This document shows, one piece after another, positions 27,152 through 40,600 of a stretch of DNA of 64,000 bases; position 1 is the first letter of the stretch; the number at the start of each line of letters is the position of its first letter. The position numbers were made by a program, and so were the translations under genes. This stretch comes from Octopus vulgaris. Lineage: Eukaryota. Where the stretch lies: the NCBI GenBank assembly GCA_951406725.2, contig OX597816.1, positions 84,816,001-84,880,000 of the forward strand, read 5' to 3'. The notes beneath the pieces were generated by a model. It saw only the letters and a list, made by a program, of their open reading frames with translations. It ran no database searches and was not told where the DNA came from.

Positions 27152-28129
27152 AACATACACACGCTCTCACACACACAATAACGAGTAGATGAACACCAGT
27201 CTTCCGAGTTTCTCGCTCACCTTCTCGTTCAGGACAGTGTGTATCCTAACGAGATAATTCGTTGCCAACACTTCAACTGTCCATTAGAAGGGCGCAAAAT
27301 AAACTATAGAACAATGTGTACAGCCGTTCCTCCTAAGTCCAGCTGCATCTCAGTTTACGAAACTCTATGCCGAATGTGCAATGTACAATATCCTCGTCAT
27401 GCCTTCATGCAACAAAATATGAATTCAAAGCCTGTTCATGCGAACTGTTACTCCCACATGCCAGAGCCGATTTATAGGTTATTATAACACTTCGCATATG
27501 AAATTAAGCTGTCTTAAAGACCATTTTGGTACCACAAGTTGTTCCATGTACGAGGAGCACAAAGAAGGGCGAAGAACTCTTAAAGATGTCTTAGAGATCA
27601 AACAAAACAAGAATTAGTTTTATACCTTAAACATGGGAACCGGTTATTTTTATGATTTTGCTAGTAATAAGTTTTTGATAATTTTAATCATTCCCCGCAT
27701 CTAATTTTTGCTACATGAGCAGAATGAAAATAGTTTCCTGTTTAGCTTATGTTACTATCCATTTTGAGCGAATCACTGTCTTAACTAAAGAAATACTGAA
27801 CCTGCCGTACTGATTTTGACGAAGGAATATTTCTTTTGGCTTCAACGTATTACCACCTAGTTCGTCGTGAAAATGTGAAATTTAAGTAATATTATATATG
27901 TATATGTACACATACGCACATACATGCCCTCACGCATATACATGCATAATACATACATACATACATGCATACATATATACATTCATACATAAATCCATCC
28001 ATCCAAGCATCCATCCATCCATCCATCCATCCATCCATCCATCCATCCATCCATCCATCCATCCATCCATACATACATACATACATACATACATACAAAC
28101 ATACATACATGCATACAAACATACATACA

Positions 28130-28160
<31 letters not shown>

Positions 28161-28500
28161 TGGATAAGCTTGGATTTTCAGAAAAAGAAATCAACCAACT
28201 GACTCGCACATTACAAAGGCATTGTTTACGTTATCTACATTTTAGCAACGGAACTTTGTATCTTAGTTTGAAATCAGCTCCTTCTTCAAAGAAAAATTTT
28301 AATAATTAAAAACAGAAAAGAATATTCATGCATGCATGCATACATACATACATACATACATACATATAGACAGACATACATATACACATGCACACATTTA
28401 GCAAAGTGCAGTTATGCATATGGGTATGTTTGTATGTATGCAGATAAGTATAAAAATTTAATTGAATTTTCCGATTTCCATTTTTTATGGATGGCTTACG

Positions 28501-28680
28501 TAATCTTCAACACTCAAAGACATTCATAAAACTGTAGCATAACTTACTTCATAATTTGCGTTCCCACACCGTTCTTTCGCATAATTATATATATATATAA
28601 TTATGCGAAAGAACGGTGTGGGAACGCAAATTATGAAGTAAGTTATGCTTCAGTTTTATGAATGTCTTTGAGTGTTGAAG

Positions 28681-28684
<4 letters not shown>
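28501..28684. repeat. 184 bp loopless palindrome centred on (TA)n, followed by another (TA)n
   Basis: The whole interval is self-complementary, with a single mismatch (aactgtagc vs gcttcagtt). Confidence 0.97.
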
Positions 28685-28718
<34 letters not shown>

Positions 28719-29270
28719 ATTTATCTGGATTAATCGACTTCAGTTTATCTCTATCTCTTAAGAGAGGGCTAACAACAGAACAAGTATCATCGTAATAATA
28801 ATTGTGTAGGAAAACATGGAGTTGACCTTACTACATTTCCTGAATTACAAAATAAGCGCACATGAGTCAAATTTGGGGTAATACATGCCTCCAAAACATC
28901 AGCATTGCGGTGCTTATTCTTGCAGGTAAACACAAAGCATATGGTCCGATAAATTTTATGGGAAGTGTTAAATTTCTCCATAGAGTGTCGCTCATAAAAC
29001 GTACATGACTCAGATGGATTAAATGATGCTCGAGGGATACAGCTTATCACACAGCCTTTTTTTCTATTGTGTCGATATAAGTAGTCGCCATATTTTCCCG
29101 TATACCAGGTCTAAAGAGTATATCGTGTTCCTTAAGAATATTGTTATCTAATGTCCGGCTATTTAATACCCAGTACGAAACCGATTGGTAACATCGCTTC
29201 TATATGGATCTGTAATACTGCACACTTCGATTAATATACGCGTGCGTGTGTGAGTGTGCGCGCACACTTA

Positions 29271-29322
<52 letters not shown>

Positions 29323-29611
29323 CTCAATCAGTCAGAAACACAGACACACGGACACACACATATATCGTTGCTATTGTGCAAAAGTGTCGTAACTCTAAAA
29401 TATTACCTATCAGAAAATGATAAAGTAATTTCATCATTCCTTAGCAAAACCGTTGTACTACACTTTGGCAATTTTTGATATCTTGGCATCAGAAGCAGCT
29501 GGAGATACCATAGTTTGACCAAAAGATCCGGCAAGCAAACATTAATATTAAAGAAAACGCATTTTGCCAGATTTTGATATACACCAGTCTAACATAATAT
29601 ATATATATATA

Positions 29612-29804
29612 TATTAGCCATGCTGGACCGCTAAAAACTACCAGTTTTTTTCATTCTCTCACAGCTTATTTTGTCTTATTGCTTTCTGCCGAGGAACGCA
29701 GGCTCGAAACGTAAGAGACTTTTCCATTTTTCCCGAGCGTCAAACTAATACATATACTTGTTGTTCATACACCTGTCTTCGTCTTTGGTTTTTCTCTATA
29801 TTTC

Positions 29805-29810
<6 letters not shown>
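29612..29810 (+). mobile_element. Short element between (TA)n tracts carrying a minimal hammerhead-like motif (29682-29717)
   Basis: cuuu-CUGCCGA-G-GAAC gcag GCUC-GAAAC-GUA-agag. Homologous to 62266-62470 (-) and 11193-11280. Confidence 0.7.
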
Positions 29811-29849
<39 letters not shown>

Positions 29850-30164
29850 TATAGATATATATATATTTATATAAAGATACACACGTATACTTGTGTTAGT
29901 ATGCGTATGAGAGTTTCTGTGTATGCTGCTGCTTACGAAAGAATTTGATCGCATGGATGTATTTGCATGCGCATACATTTCTTTAGGTACCTGTTTGATA
30001 AAATCCATAATTTTCTGCACATGCATATCATCAGTTCTACACATCTTAACAAGTTATGTTGAAGCCTGCTGTTTTCCCGATGCGGATGCAAATTTTGAGT
30101 GTGAATACTGTAGACAAATACATTCACTTGCTTCTATGATATGACTATTGTGAGCGTGTATATA

Positions 30165-30249
<85 letters not shown>

Positions 30250-30379
30250 TGTGTGTGTGTATTATAGTCTCTCTCTCTCTCTCTCTCTCGCTCTCTTTTA
30301 ATCTGTTTACACCCAAACTCACATACGTATATATATATTTATGTACATGTAGATATATATATGTATATATATATATCTT

Positions 30380-30422
<43 letters not shown>

Positions 30423-31137
30423 GTGTGGCATGTTAGAATGATTGCATGGATACATATGTACATAGAAATGTAGGTATGTATGCATGGTATGCATTATTGT
30501 GTGCATGTGAGAGCATGTGTGCGTGAGCATGCTTTTACGTGCATTACCATTAAAGAACTCATTTCAATATACAGTTGTGTTAAAATGCGAAGACACTATT
30601 ATAGGTGTGCATGTAATTATGGATTTAATCTAAGAGTTCCTTACACATACCTTCGAACACTCTTTTTCACACGTTTACATACATTCACGCATACACGCAA
30701 ATTGGCATACACACAAATTGGCATACACGCACATATGAAAAACGCCATATATTTTCTGTAATTCAGACACGAATATACTTATTCGGTGCGCTTTTGGACG
30801 CACCAAGATCTATTGATCTTTTCATTACATGTCACGAGTAAACACCGCATAGTATATGCATGTATGTAGCTACGGACATATATGCACACAAACATACATA
30901 TATGCATATATACATACGCACACAAAGACACACACATATATATATACATATATATATACAACTATATATTCGTATATGCATATATGTATATATATATATA
31001 TATATATATGTGTGTATATATATGTGTTTATATATATACATATTTATATATATGTATATATACATACATATCTATATATATATATATTTATCTGTCAGTC
31101 TATCTGTTTATCTATGCATCTATCTATATGTGTATGT

Positions 31138-31188
<51 letters not shown>

Positions 31189-31230
31189 TACATATATATA
31201 TAAACATATATATATATACATACATATATC

Positions 31231-31290
<60 letters not shown>

Positions 31291-31669
31291 CACACATACA
31301 CACACTTACACACACACACGCGCGCACACACAAACAAACCTGGATGCATGGATATACTTTGGTACGTATACACGCGCGGGTATATACATACCTTCAACGC
31401 ATTCAACAAGATATATTATGCTTGCATTTTTGTTTGTGATTTTAGCTTCTTTTCTCTCTGTCTTTTATGTTTTCGCACCAACCTGCCGCAGCAGAATGAC
31501 TCATTATTCCTGTGATTATTGGCTCGACTCCATAGGAATTTCCTCTATACTGGGATTAAGTTATTGCTTACTGATTACATCGCCGTTTTGATATGGAAGC
31601 GACATAGCGTCGTAATTTACCGGAAACGGATATCATACAACAAAAATTTACTGTGAGCTTTTTTAGGCA

Positions 31670-31733
31670 TTATTATTATTATTGTTGTTGTTGATATTGT
31701 TGATGTTATTATTATTATTATTATCATCATCAT

Positions 31734-31783
<50 letters not shown>

Positions 31784-31799
31784 TTACTACTACTACTAT

Positions 31800-31830
<31 letters not shown>

Positions 31831-31850
31831 ACCGCTGCTACTACTACTAC

Positions 31851-31899
<49 letters not shown>

Positions 31900-32006
31900 A
31901 ATAATACTATAGCTACCATGACTGATGTTATGATCATTTTCATCATTATCATTATTATCCTTGTTGTGGTTGTAGTTGTTATTATTATTATTATTATTAT
32001 CATTAC

Positions 32007-32047
<41 letters not shown>

Positions 32048-32105
32048 CATTATTATCATTATTATTATTATTATCATTATTATTATTATCATTATTGATG
32101 TTGTA
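31670..32105. repeat. Compound trinucleotide array (ATT/TAC/TGC/CAT)
   Basis: Directly visible. Confidence 0.95.
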
Positions 32106-32526
32106 GTCGCTGTTGTTTTTATTATTCCATGTTACTGACTGAAGCAATAGGTGAGGATTGTGCAATTATTTCTTACGATATTATTGTGCTTTCCTCTTTC
32201 TGTTTTTATATTTATAGTTTCGCGGAAAGTTTCTGATAGTTTCGGAACACGTGACTGAATACCTTGGAGCATGCATTCACATTTCTCTAGAGAACCAAAA
32301 ACGTTTGACTTTTTTGTCTTTATATTTCATAAGTGGCAACAATATATTACCCTGTAGCTAATTCTGTCCGCATATATATAAATATATATGGGTCTAGATA
32401 CGTGTGTATGTGTGTGGTGTATCTGCTCTGTGTGTGTGTGTATGTATGTATGTACGTATGTATGTATGTATGTATGTATGTATGTATGTATGTATGTATG
32501 TATGTATATATATATATATATGTCTG

Positions 32527-32562
<36 letters not shown>

Positions 32563-32566
32563 TATA

Positions 32567-32700
32567 TGGAAAAAAGTCATGGTAGAGAATGCTAAAATAA
32601 TTTTATAAAAAACATTTCAGCACCGGTTTCAGTCATTGAGACCTTTTCAACTGTAAGTATGGAAAACAATTACATTTTGGAAAAATTAAATGAAAAGTAT
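32567..32700 (-). mobile_element. Short element next to (TA)n with hammerhead-like motif (32618-32653)
   Basis: Minus strand cag-UUGAAAA-GGUC ucaau GACU-GAAAC-CG-GUG-cug: U3-A8 core, palindromic ACCGGU helix III, helix I cag/cug. The sister fragment at 20167-20228 has GUA at the triplet. Confidence 0.65.
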
Positions 32701-32821
32701 TTTAAAAGAATATTTGCATAGTATTCAAATACAAGGGGTATTTTCCTTGTTTCTGCCTGTCTCTGTCTCCCTTATTTACTTTTGTGGGTTGGAGGTCGTT
32801 GGGAATTCTTGGCAGAGTAGC

Positions 32822-32967
32822 AGAAGAAGAAGAAGAAGAATAAGAAGAAAAGAAGAAGAAGAAGAAGAAGAAGAAGAAGAAGAAGAAGAAGAAGAAGAAG
32901 AAGAAGAAGAAGAAGAAGAAGAAGAAGAAGAAGAAGAAGAAGAAGAAGAAGAAATAGAAGAAGAAGA
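32822..32967. repeat. (GAA)n microsatellite
   Basis: Directly visible; source of the poly-Glu ORF. Confidence 0.97.
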
Positions 32968-33111
32968 ATGCGGGAAAGATATAATAGAAGTAGGATGTTA
33001 AATGGTCAAATACCCTGAAAGTGACTTGTGGATGGTAGTAGTGACTGCATTCTTGAGATATCTCTTTTGAATGTTTAGTTTATAATATTTGCTAAGGTGT
33101 TATTCTAGACC

Positions 33112-33290
33112 TTTTCAATAGTCTTGACTCTTGAGAGTCAAGTCTATTGAAAATGTTGCAACGAAAATTTTTGGAAAATAAGAATAAGAAATAAGTGGAA
33201 ATTTTACCGGTGAGTGTGTTACATTATAAGGCACAAAAAGAAAATGACTCTCCCCAGACGCAACAGAATATGCTTCAACTTACGAACTCA
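33112..33290 (+). mobile_element. pLTR-like remnant beginning with a 42 bp hairpin and a collapsed hammerhead-like motif
   Basis: Hairpin ttttcaatag-t-cttgactct/agagtcaag-t-ctattgaaaa (33112-33153) runs into UUGAAAA-uGUUGCAAC-GAAAAUUUU. Confidence 0.4.
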
Positions 33291-34336
33291 TATAAAGAAT
33301 CCTGCAAACAAAATCCCAAAACGATATATATATATATATAAAAGAGAATGAGATAAAAATCCAAGGCTTTCAGAACATTTATAAAGAGGATTTCTTTTTA
33401 TCTCATTCTGTTAATTTTTCTTATATATACGCATGTTGATATATGACCTGCGTTGGACTCTTCATTCGCATTTTCACCGAACCTGGAACTTAAATATAGT
33501 CTGTCCATAGCACTTACTCAGCATTACCCTCTTGATACCATTACCTCTCATAACCTATATATATATAAATATACATTACATGTATCTCTGCATATGTGTA
33601 CGTGTATGTATATAATTTGTGCACTTACTAATACATGCACACTCATACACTCTTTTAAACACCTATCAACCTACATATATACATTCACGCATGTGTTTGG
33701 GTACATGTGCGTACTTAATTTACATCTTGTAATTTTCGAAATTAGAGTCATACATATATATGAATGATGGTACATGGAACATGTGTACACCAGGGTGTAT
33801 TCATTCAAGCTGACACTCATGAAAGAAAATATTTCCTGCAATTTGCATAACTGTGGTATGAAGTTCATACCTTGTATTCACGGAGGACAAAACACCCACG
33901 TGTATTTAAATACATAAGTATATATACACATATACATAAATATATATGTATGTATATATATGAATATATGTATGTTTGCATGTATGAATATATACATGTA
34001 TATACATGTATGCAGGCATATATATACATATTCACACACATACACACACATGTACACACATACACACATATGAGTGTTCGTGTATACATACAAACATATA
34101 CACACACACAACACACACACAGACACACACACATATATACTTGTATGTATATATACATATATACATACACACACACACGCGCATATATAATACAGATTCT
34201 TAACATCACTTTTGAAATTTCATGTTAGACGCTTTCCAAGGCAACTCATTCGAAACTAGAATCACTGTGAACTATTTCCTCCCCGAATTCAAATAAATCG
34301 CACATATATCCTACGAATTTGTAAATAATAATTACT

Positions 34337-34567
34337 GATATTGGTTTCAAATGTTGGTACAAGGCCAGTAGTTTCAGGAGAGGGATATGTCGATTATATC
34401 GACCCTAGTGCTCAGTTAGGGTTGTTATATGCTATAATCGATCCCGAAAGCAAGAAAGGGAAAGTCGACCTCGCTGGAGTTTGAAAACAGTCCATAAAGA
34501 CGGATGCAGTGCGCTAAGCGTTTTTCCCGATGTTCTAACCATCGATGTTCTGCCAGCCTATCACCTT
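34337..34567 (-). mobile_element. SINE family A
   Basis: gtcgattatatcgaccc ... cccgaaag ... aaagtcgacctcgc ... ttctgccagc. Confidence 0.8.
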
Positions 34568-37566
34568 AATAATTACTATTGTTATGTATATCATTAAGTG
34601 CATATAAGAAACACCGATGTAGTAATCCATCTTGCTCTGCATGAATTCATACAATCTATTCTATCTTTAAGCCTATTTTTTCAACACGTTTATTAGAAAT
34701 AGAGTGTATATGTTTATATATTCTGTTCTATGTTTAATAATTTGTATTTTCTTTTGAGGAAGGAGCCGGTTTGTAAGGAAAAAAATATCAGCATTAGAAT
34801 GTAGGTAAGAAAAGTAATGTCGGATCTGAACTTGAGACAATCTTGCATATTTTTACTTTTCTGCTTAAAGAGTTCAATTTTAAATTTGTAAAGAACCTAT
34901 TATCTGGCTGATTTCTTTTTCTGACAAGCCTACCTTTTCTTTATTTTTGTTGTTTTACTAAGGCATTTTCTGACAAAACTAAGTGCACCAATTACTATTG
35001 GTATAAATGTGAATTTGTAATCTGGGTACAGCAGCTGAATATTTCCTTGCATCTGCCTATAGTTTTCTTTTTTGTCTTTGATTAAAAAAAAAATATATAT
35101 ATTGAAATAATTAAAGCAGCTTATATTCCAAACAATTATATTTGGCCAATGATGTTTGCACTTATTATATATGTATCCTTGCGTAAATTGTTATGGATGT
35201 ATGCAATAACGGAGGCGTCCTCTGTATATATCCATGGACAGTCTCGTTTTCTGACAGCATTGTATATTGTTTTTGTGACAAAATTATGTATGTCTGTATG
35301 TATGTATGTATGTATGTATGTATGTATGTATGTATGTATGTATGTATGTATGTATGTATGTATGTATGTATATATACAGCACCTCGACGACATTTTTGGG
35401 CTGTTGCTGATGGCACGTGGGATGTCTTCTGGGGTGAATGTGGCAGGTCAAAATGTTTGGTTTCATCTTCGGCTACAAGGACTTTACTGTTTTGTTTTGC
35501 AACTGGATTGCTTCCGTTTAATTTCATTAGCACCTGCATTGCAGATTTATCCTAAGAAGTCTTTTGAAGATAACAGTAGTTGTGTATAGGAAGACATTAT
35601 TTGACCAGCAATTAATAAAACATGATTCCATCTACTCTCCAGCAAAAACTTCGATAACTTTTAACATGAGAGCATTTGGCATTTTATTTTATCTCTTTAA
35701 GGATGGCCTGTCGCTTAACGTCAGCTTAGAAAATCCGGTAAAAATTTAGCATGTGTGGTTTCATAATTTTCATAAATTGAATATATTCCACAGCCTTCTT
35801 TGTTGAATCGGGTACATTTGGTGATACACAAGATTTTAAGTGATGGTAGCTTCGGATTGGTTGCGTTATTCTCGATTCCTCTAATAACAGAGTACTCTAA
35901 TAACTGTTCTCATTTATTTGAAGAAATTGATTAGCATCATCAGAGATGAAATAACGATTACTATCGTAATAGCTTTTTATTGCCGAAGCAAGAACATATT
36001 TTTCTTCAACCATTTTGTTGCCATACTCTTCTGCTTAGGAGATTGCGTATTTCATGAGACTCAGTTCGCCTAATTACTTCTTTCGTCCTTGTCAACTCTA
36101 CAGTACAAAACTGCGACAAAATATACTTTGCGTCAATTATATTCCTCTTCCCAAGATATATTCATTTTTTTCTATATCGTTGATACTGACCCACATCTCA
36201 GAGTAAATTTTAAAAAAAATAATTTTCTTTCCGATTAAGATTGTTACTTTCATTAAAACTTTAGCCATAATTTCATTATTGAGATAGCAAGAGACCCTGC
36301 TGAAAACTGATCTGTTTCACTGGTTGTGCCTTTCGTAAGATTTATCGCTAACGCATAAAGTATACACCATCGTGTTTACAAACCTAATCCTAGGAATGTT
36401 CCATTTATAACCTGAAATTTCTCACTTCATACAAATTATAAAATCAATAGACGAAATAAATCTGATTAAAACTGATTAATCTTTAAAACATAAATTGCAT
36501 TTTTTCTTTCATAACAAGCAGTGTCTCTCTTAGACAATATTATCCAATACATCTCTCTTTTTTGAAGACGGTTAAGTGCAACTACATGGAGACCTGGTTG
36601 CTATCTTTAACAGTTTGAGCGATCATGTAGAGGTTTCAGGGCTGAGTCGTAAGTTATTTTGTCTAGTATACTCTGATATAGCCTGTTGTTGGTTTGCGTT
36701 TGCGTATGGTAATATTTACATTGAATGCTTTTCTTTTACGTTTCTTATAGCTGTCATAAAGTGATTTGAATGTGTCACGGATCCATAGTCCTAGCGGTCA
36801 GAAAATATCAAATCAGGATTTTACTGTTTCCATCAACACTGCTCTATACAACTTGTATTGGTAAATTTTCTGAAATACCTTGTTGACGTCTACATATATA
36901 ACTTCAACATTTTATCACTTTTCAATGATGCTAGACTTTATGAAATGGCACAGCCATCATATTAGGCAGTTTGTAACCCGCCTGAAAGCATGTTGATTGT
37001 AGAAAAGGAATTGGAAAATTATTTATCTTTGTCCTTGATATTATTTCAAAGATATTACAATAATGTGTGAGTTCAGAGAAAATTGACCTGACAAGTTAAG
37101 TATATTTTTGTCTGTCATTTCATATAAATAATATTTATTGGTTCAGTTTCTCGAAGACGATGCACCAAGTACTACTGCTACTAAAAGACAGTTGAAAAAT
37201 ATTCATGCTGTTATTTCAAACCAGCCCTACATCTCAATGAAACAGTAAGCAATTCAATGCTCTCTTTTCAACATAGAACTTGAACTAAATATATAGCATT
37301 TCTGTGGAAATAAAGCGCAGATCTCTGAGGTACTACTTCAGGATTCCTTAACTTAAACATATTAAATGCGTTTACTAGTTTATTTAGGCACTAAATCTAA
37401 ATCCATATGGCTTATTTTATCTATTGTGTGTGTGTGTGAGTGTGTGTGGCTCAAAATGACCCTTCATTATGCTAGTCTCAGTTATTTCATTATATGGAAG
37501 AACAAATAGTGTGATTGATAGTTTCATTGATCCAGAGATATATCTCTTCTTAAATGAAGAAACATA

Positions 37567-37626
37567 ACAACATATAGACACATATAGACAACATATAGAC
37601 ACATATAGACAACATATAGACACATA
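37567..37626. repeat. 21-bp minisatellite, ~3 copies (acatatagacacatatagaca)
   Basis: Directly visible tandem unit. Confidence 0.9.
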
Positions 37627-37794
37627 AAGTTACTTGTTCATTTATACTGCTCATTACAAGAAGCAGGTCCATTTCTGTTAGGTTACGTGGTGGACTCGGT
37701 CTTACGGCAAATGTTTTCCACATTTATTGTTTGTGTTTAACAACCTAAATCAGCATGAAGCGAATATTCTTATCAATGTAAGTAGGTTAATAAA

Positions 37795-37997
37795 GGCGGC
37801 AAGCTGGCAGAAAAGTTACCACGCCGGGAATTTTGTCCGTCTTTACGTCATGAGGTCAAATTCTCTAGAGGTCGAATTTGTCTTTGATCCTTTCTGGGTC
37901 GATAAAATAAGTATCAGATAAGCAGTGTATTTGATGCAATCGATTTAGCCCCTCCCCGATCTTGCTGGCCTTGTGTCAAAACTTGAAAGCAATATTA
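37795..37997 (+). mobile_element. SINE family A
   Basis: ggcggcaagctggcagaa ... atcctttctgggtcgataaaataagta ... gctggccttgtg. Confidence 0.85.
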
Positions 37998-40195
37998 GTA
38001 TGTGAGCGCGTGTATTTATACCTTTGTAACTGAGTTTGGGTAATGTTTGGAGAATAGTGTTCTAGTGGCTTTCTGAGTTGTTATAAATAAATGTGTGACA
38101 TTATGATTGATTATGCCTCTTGTGACAGAGACGTATAAGTGTTAAGGTTTCCACACCAGCATATTGTATTTCTTGATTTTGTAGAAAGTAGATCTATATG
38201 TATGATCTATACATGTAAATGTATTTGTATAAATGCATAGTAAGATGTCTGGTTTTTAAAGTTTGTCACAGATACGTCTGGAGAGTGTGACAACACAGGC
38301 AGGACTAATAATTTATGTTTCGTACTGAAGTATAATTACTTATTTTGCTTGGTGAAATGTTAGTATCTGAGTGCTCCTTGTATACTTTGTGTATGGTTTT
38401 TTACATTCTTTAAGATTTTACTTATTTACTGTGTTATAAGTAGTTCATAAACTGTTCTTTGTTTTCAATGTAATGTTTTGCTTATATTGTTTAATGTAAT
38501 ATTTGATTATATAGGTTTGCTTTTAGTATTCAAGAAAAGAATGCAAGTAGTATGCAATTTTTAGATTATTTTGTTAACCCCTCATTGGAAGATGGTTTAT
38601 ATAGTGTTCGGATAGCTATATATATACCTCAAGCTGGGCATCAAAGCTATCTCCATATCATCTTTCTAGTATATTAAAATACATAACGGATGTGTTTTTA
38701 CAATTCTTATGATAAAATGGTATGATCTATGCCTGCTTTAATTGTGATATTTTCAATGGTAACCAAGCTATATGCAGGCTTTGCCATTAGCTCATTGTCT
38801 GTACATTCCATCTTCAGCATTCCCTATTTGAAGTAGAATATGGTCCCTATATAATCCTCCTATCACTTTGTTACTTTCTTGTGATTATGCAGCTGGAAAT
38901 CTCGGAAATTAAATTGGTTTGCACTACTGGGAAACAATACATGAGGATAACAAGACAATGTATTAACCACAGCGAGGGAGCTAGCAACATGACTTGCTAG
39001 AAATAGCAGCCCACACTTGACAGTGTGTCGCTCTAGAGTTCCAGATGGATAGACCAAGAACGAAGTTATCAGAGTGATCTGTGTAACCTTGATATGGAAC
39101 GACAAGACGCTATCTGTAAAAAGTCAGGGCCTTGTAGCAAAATTTACATTGTCATCGTAATATGTTACCATCAAACTGCAGCCGAGTAGATTCTAGAGTG
39201 TGCCGTTCTGTTTGTTGTGGAAGAAACTAGTTCCACTAATCAGAAACTTCACTTATTAACAAAACCCTATGTGCAGATGACTCTTGATGAGTAGGCAAGC
39301 ACAGAAGAGGTAATATTTCTGCAGAGGTTCTGAGAAGTTGAGGTTACTTTTCATCAGGCACAGTTTATCCGTAGCCTCTCTCTCTCTCTCTCATTCTTTC
39401 TTTTCTATTTATCTCACTGTTTCTCTCTCTCTCTCATTCTTTCTCTTTCTATTTCTATCATTATTTCTCTCTCTCACTCTTTCACTCTCTCTCTCTCTCA
39501 TTATTTCTCTCTCTCTTATTCTCTCTCTCATTCTTTCTCTTTCTATCTCTTTCTCTATTCCCTCTCGCTCTCTCTCATTCTCTCTATTTCTATCTCTCTC
39601 ATTATTTCTCTCTCTCTCATTCTCTCCCTCTTTCTCTCTCTCTCTCCCTCCCTTCCTAAATGACCTTTAGTTCTGGTGGGAAGTTAATATTCTCAAGGAT
39701 TCACAGTTCTATATAAATGCGACCAGTAGAACGTCAACTCTACAGAGTTAGTAGCGAGCAGGAACATCGGATTTCTGGGAGATAATCCGGCTGGCGATGC
39801 TCAGTGTGAGGATACGTTGGATATTAATACCCTGGAGAATATTATGGATTCGTCTTTTGGGATAAAATTATTTTAATAAATGTAGTTACTTTTGGGTTAC
39901 GTGCCTATATTTCATGAATGTATTTATTTACTTATGTATTGTTATCTACAACTCAGGTAATGTGTAATTACTTCTTTGAGTTGCAGATTTCGCCATAAGG
40001 GACCTGTTACTGGTTTACTGCATTTCCAATGGGAAAATTATAAAGCGTTGACTTTGTAACTCCGTAAACGAAATCTATCATAGGAAGCTTCATTCGAAAA
40101 GCGTTCATTTTTGATTTTCTTGCCGATCAACGAAATATGCACACACAAGCACATATCCAAACTGTCCCGTACAAACACGTACATATATGGATACA

Positions 40196-40274
<79 letters not shown>

Positions 40275-40467
40275 CGTAGATGTACTTGAATTGCAAATGA
40301 CTTGATCTGAGATAGTGAGCCGAAACAAAAACAGTTGCAGCGTGGGAGGTGTTTATAAGCCATTTAAAAACACATGAAAACCGTTAGATTCACTTCAACA
40401 TTTAAAGTTAATTTGTCAAAATATTTTCGTCGCTTTGAAATCGCGACCTTTTCACTGACAAAATTCC
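40275..40467 (-). mobile_element. Short element between (TA)n tracts with hammerhead-like fold (40412-40462)
   Basis: Minus strand uuuguca-GUGAAAAG-GUCGC gauuucaaa GCGAC-GAAA-AUAU-UU-ugacaaa: perfect 7-bp helix I, 5-bp helix II, palindromic AAUAUU helix III. Core positions 3/8 are variant. Confidence 0.65.
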
Positions 40468-40558
40468 ATATATATATGGACGTCAAGACACGCTGAAATG
40501 CTCTAATGCTGTAGTAAAAGCACATAATTGTATACATATATGCTCACGGGGCTCAATT

Positions 40559-40600
40559 TGAACGTTCAGTTTCGACTATTTTCGTGGCCTCTTCAGTAGG
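40559..40600 (-). ncRNA. Hammerhead core remnant
   Basis: Minus strand CUGAAGA-GGC cacgaaaaua GUC-GAAAC-UGAACGUUCA (palindrome). Helix I is not recoverable. Confidence 0.4.
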
